A DNA stretch of 64,000 nucleotides, taken from positions 85,064,001 through 85,128,000 of the forward strand of contig NC_043006.1 of the NCBI RefSeq assembly GCF_006345805.1. Direction: 5' to 3'. The translations under genes and the position numbers were made by a program. Numbering within the stretch: the first letter of the stretch is position 1; every line of letters begins with the position of its first letter. Below the pieces are notes generated by a model. It was not told where the DNA came from. It was given only the letters and a program-made list of their open reading frames with translations, and ran no database searches. Positions 63,890-64,000 of this stretch are shown piece by piece. Source of the DNA: Octopus sinensis (Eukaryota).

Positions 63890-64000
63890 TCTGAGTCTCT
63901 AGCATCAGTACCTTAGTGAAAGGAAAATAATCAGTAATAATGTGAAACCATAGGTTTTTACTTTGCACATTTCCATGTATCAAATCCACTCAAGGCTTTG

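Overview
AT-rich eukaryotic (animal) DNA packed with repeats. The SINE, MITE and microsatellite content looks like a coleoid cephalopod, probably Octopus; this is inferred from recognising repeat families, not from a search. I can support only one protein-coding exon: a 74-nt internal exon at 42761-42834 (+) encoding TTQIAISAFLDTFQKVADMATGSR, which matches the IMD/I-BAR domain of MTSS1/MIM. I found no neighbouring MTSS1 exons, so the rest of the window is probably two large introns (at least 42 kb and at least 21 kb). They contain several tRNA-derived SINE families, piggyBac-, hAT-, mariner- and Merlin-type MITEs, three non-autonomous Helitrons, decayed Tc1/mariner transposase and RTE-LINE fragments, and Penelope-like pieces with hammerhead-ribozyme-like cores. 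The most notable patterns are: (1) a SINE that forms head+(unit)n multimers with a recurring junction and whose target sites resemble its own internal GGTAT motif; (2) four loci with hammerhead-like cores, one of them a double-headed palindrome about 1 kb from the exon; (3) a candidate alternative terminal or poison exon at 31259; (4) several intronic inverted repeats that could form dsRNA. Nearly all ORFs in the supplied track are repeat artefacts. Repeat boundaries were read by eye and are approximate unless a TSD is quoted.
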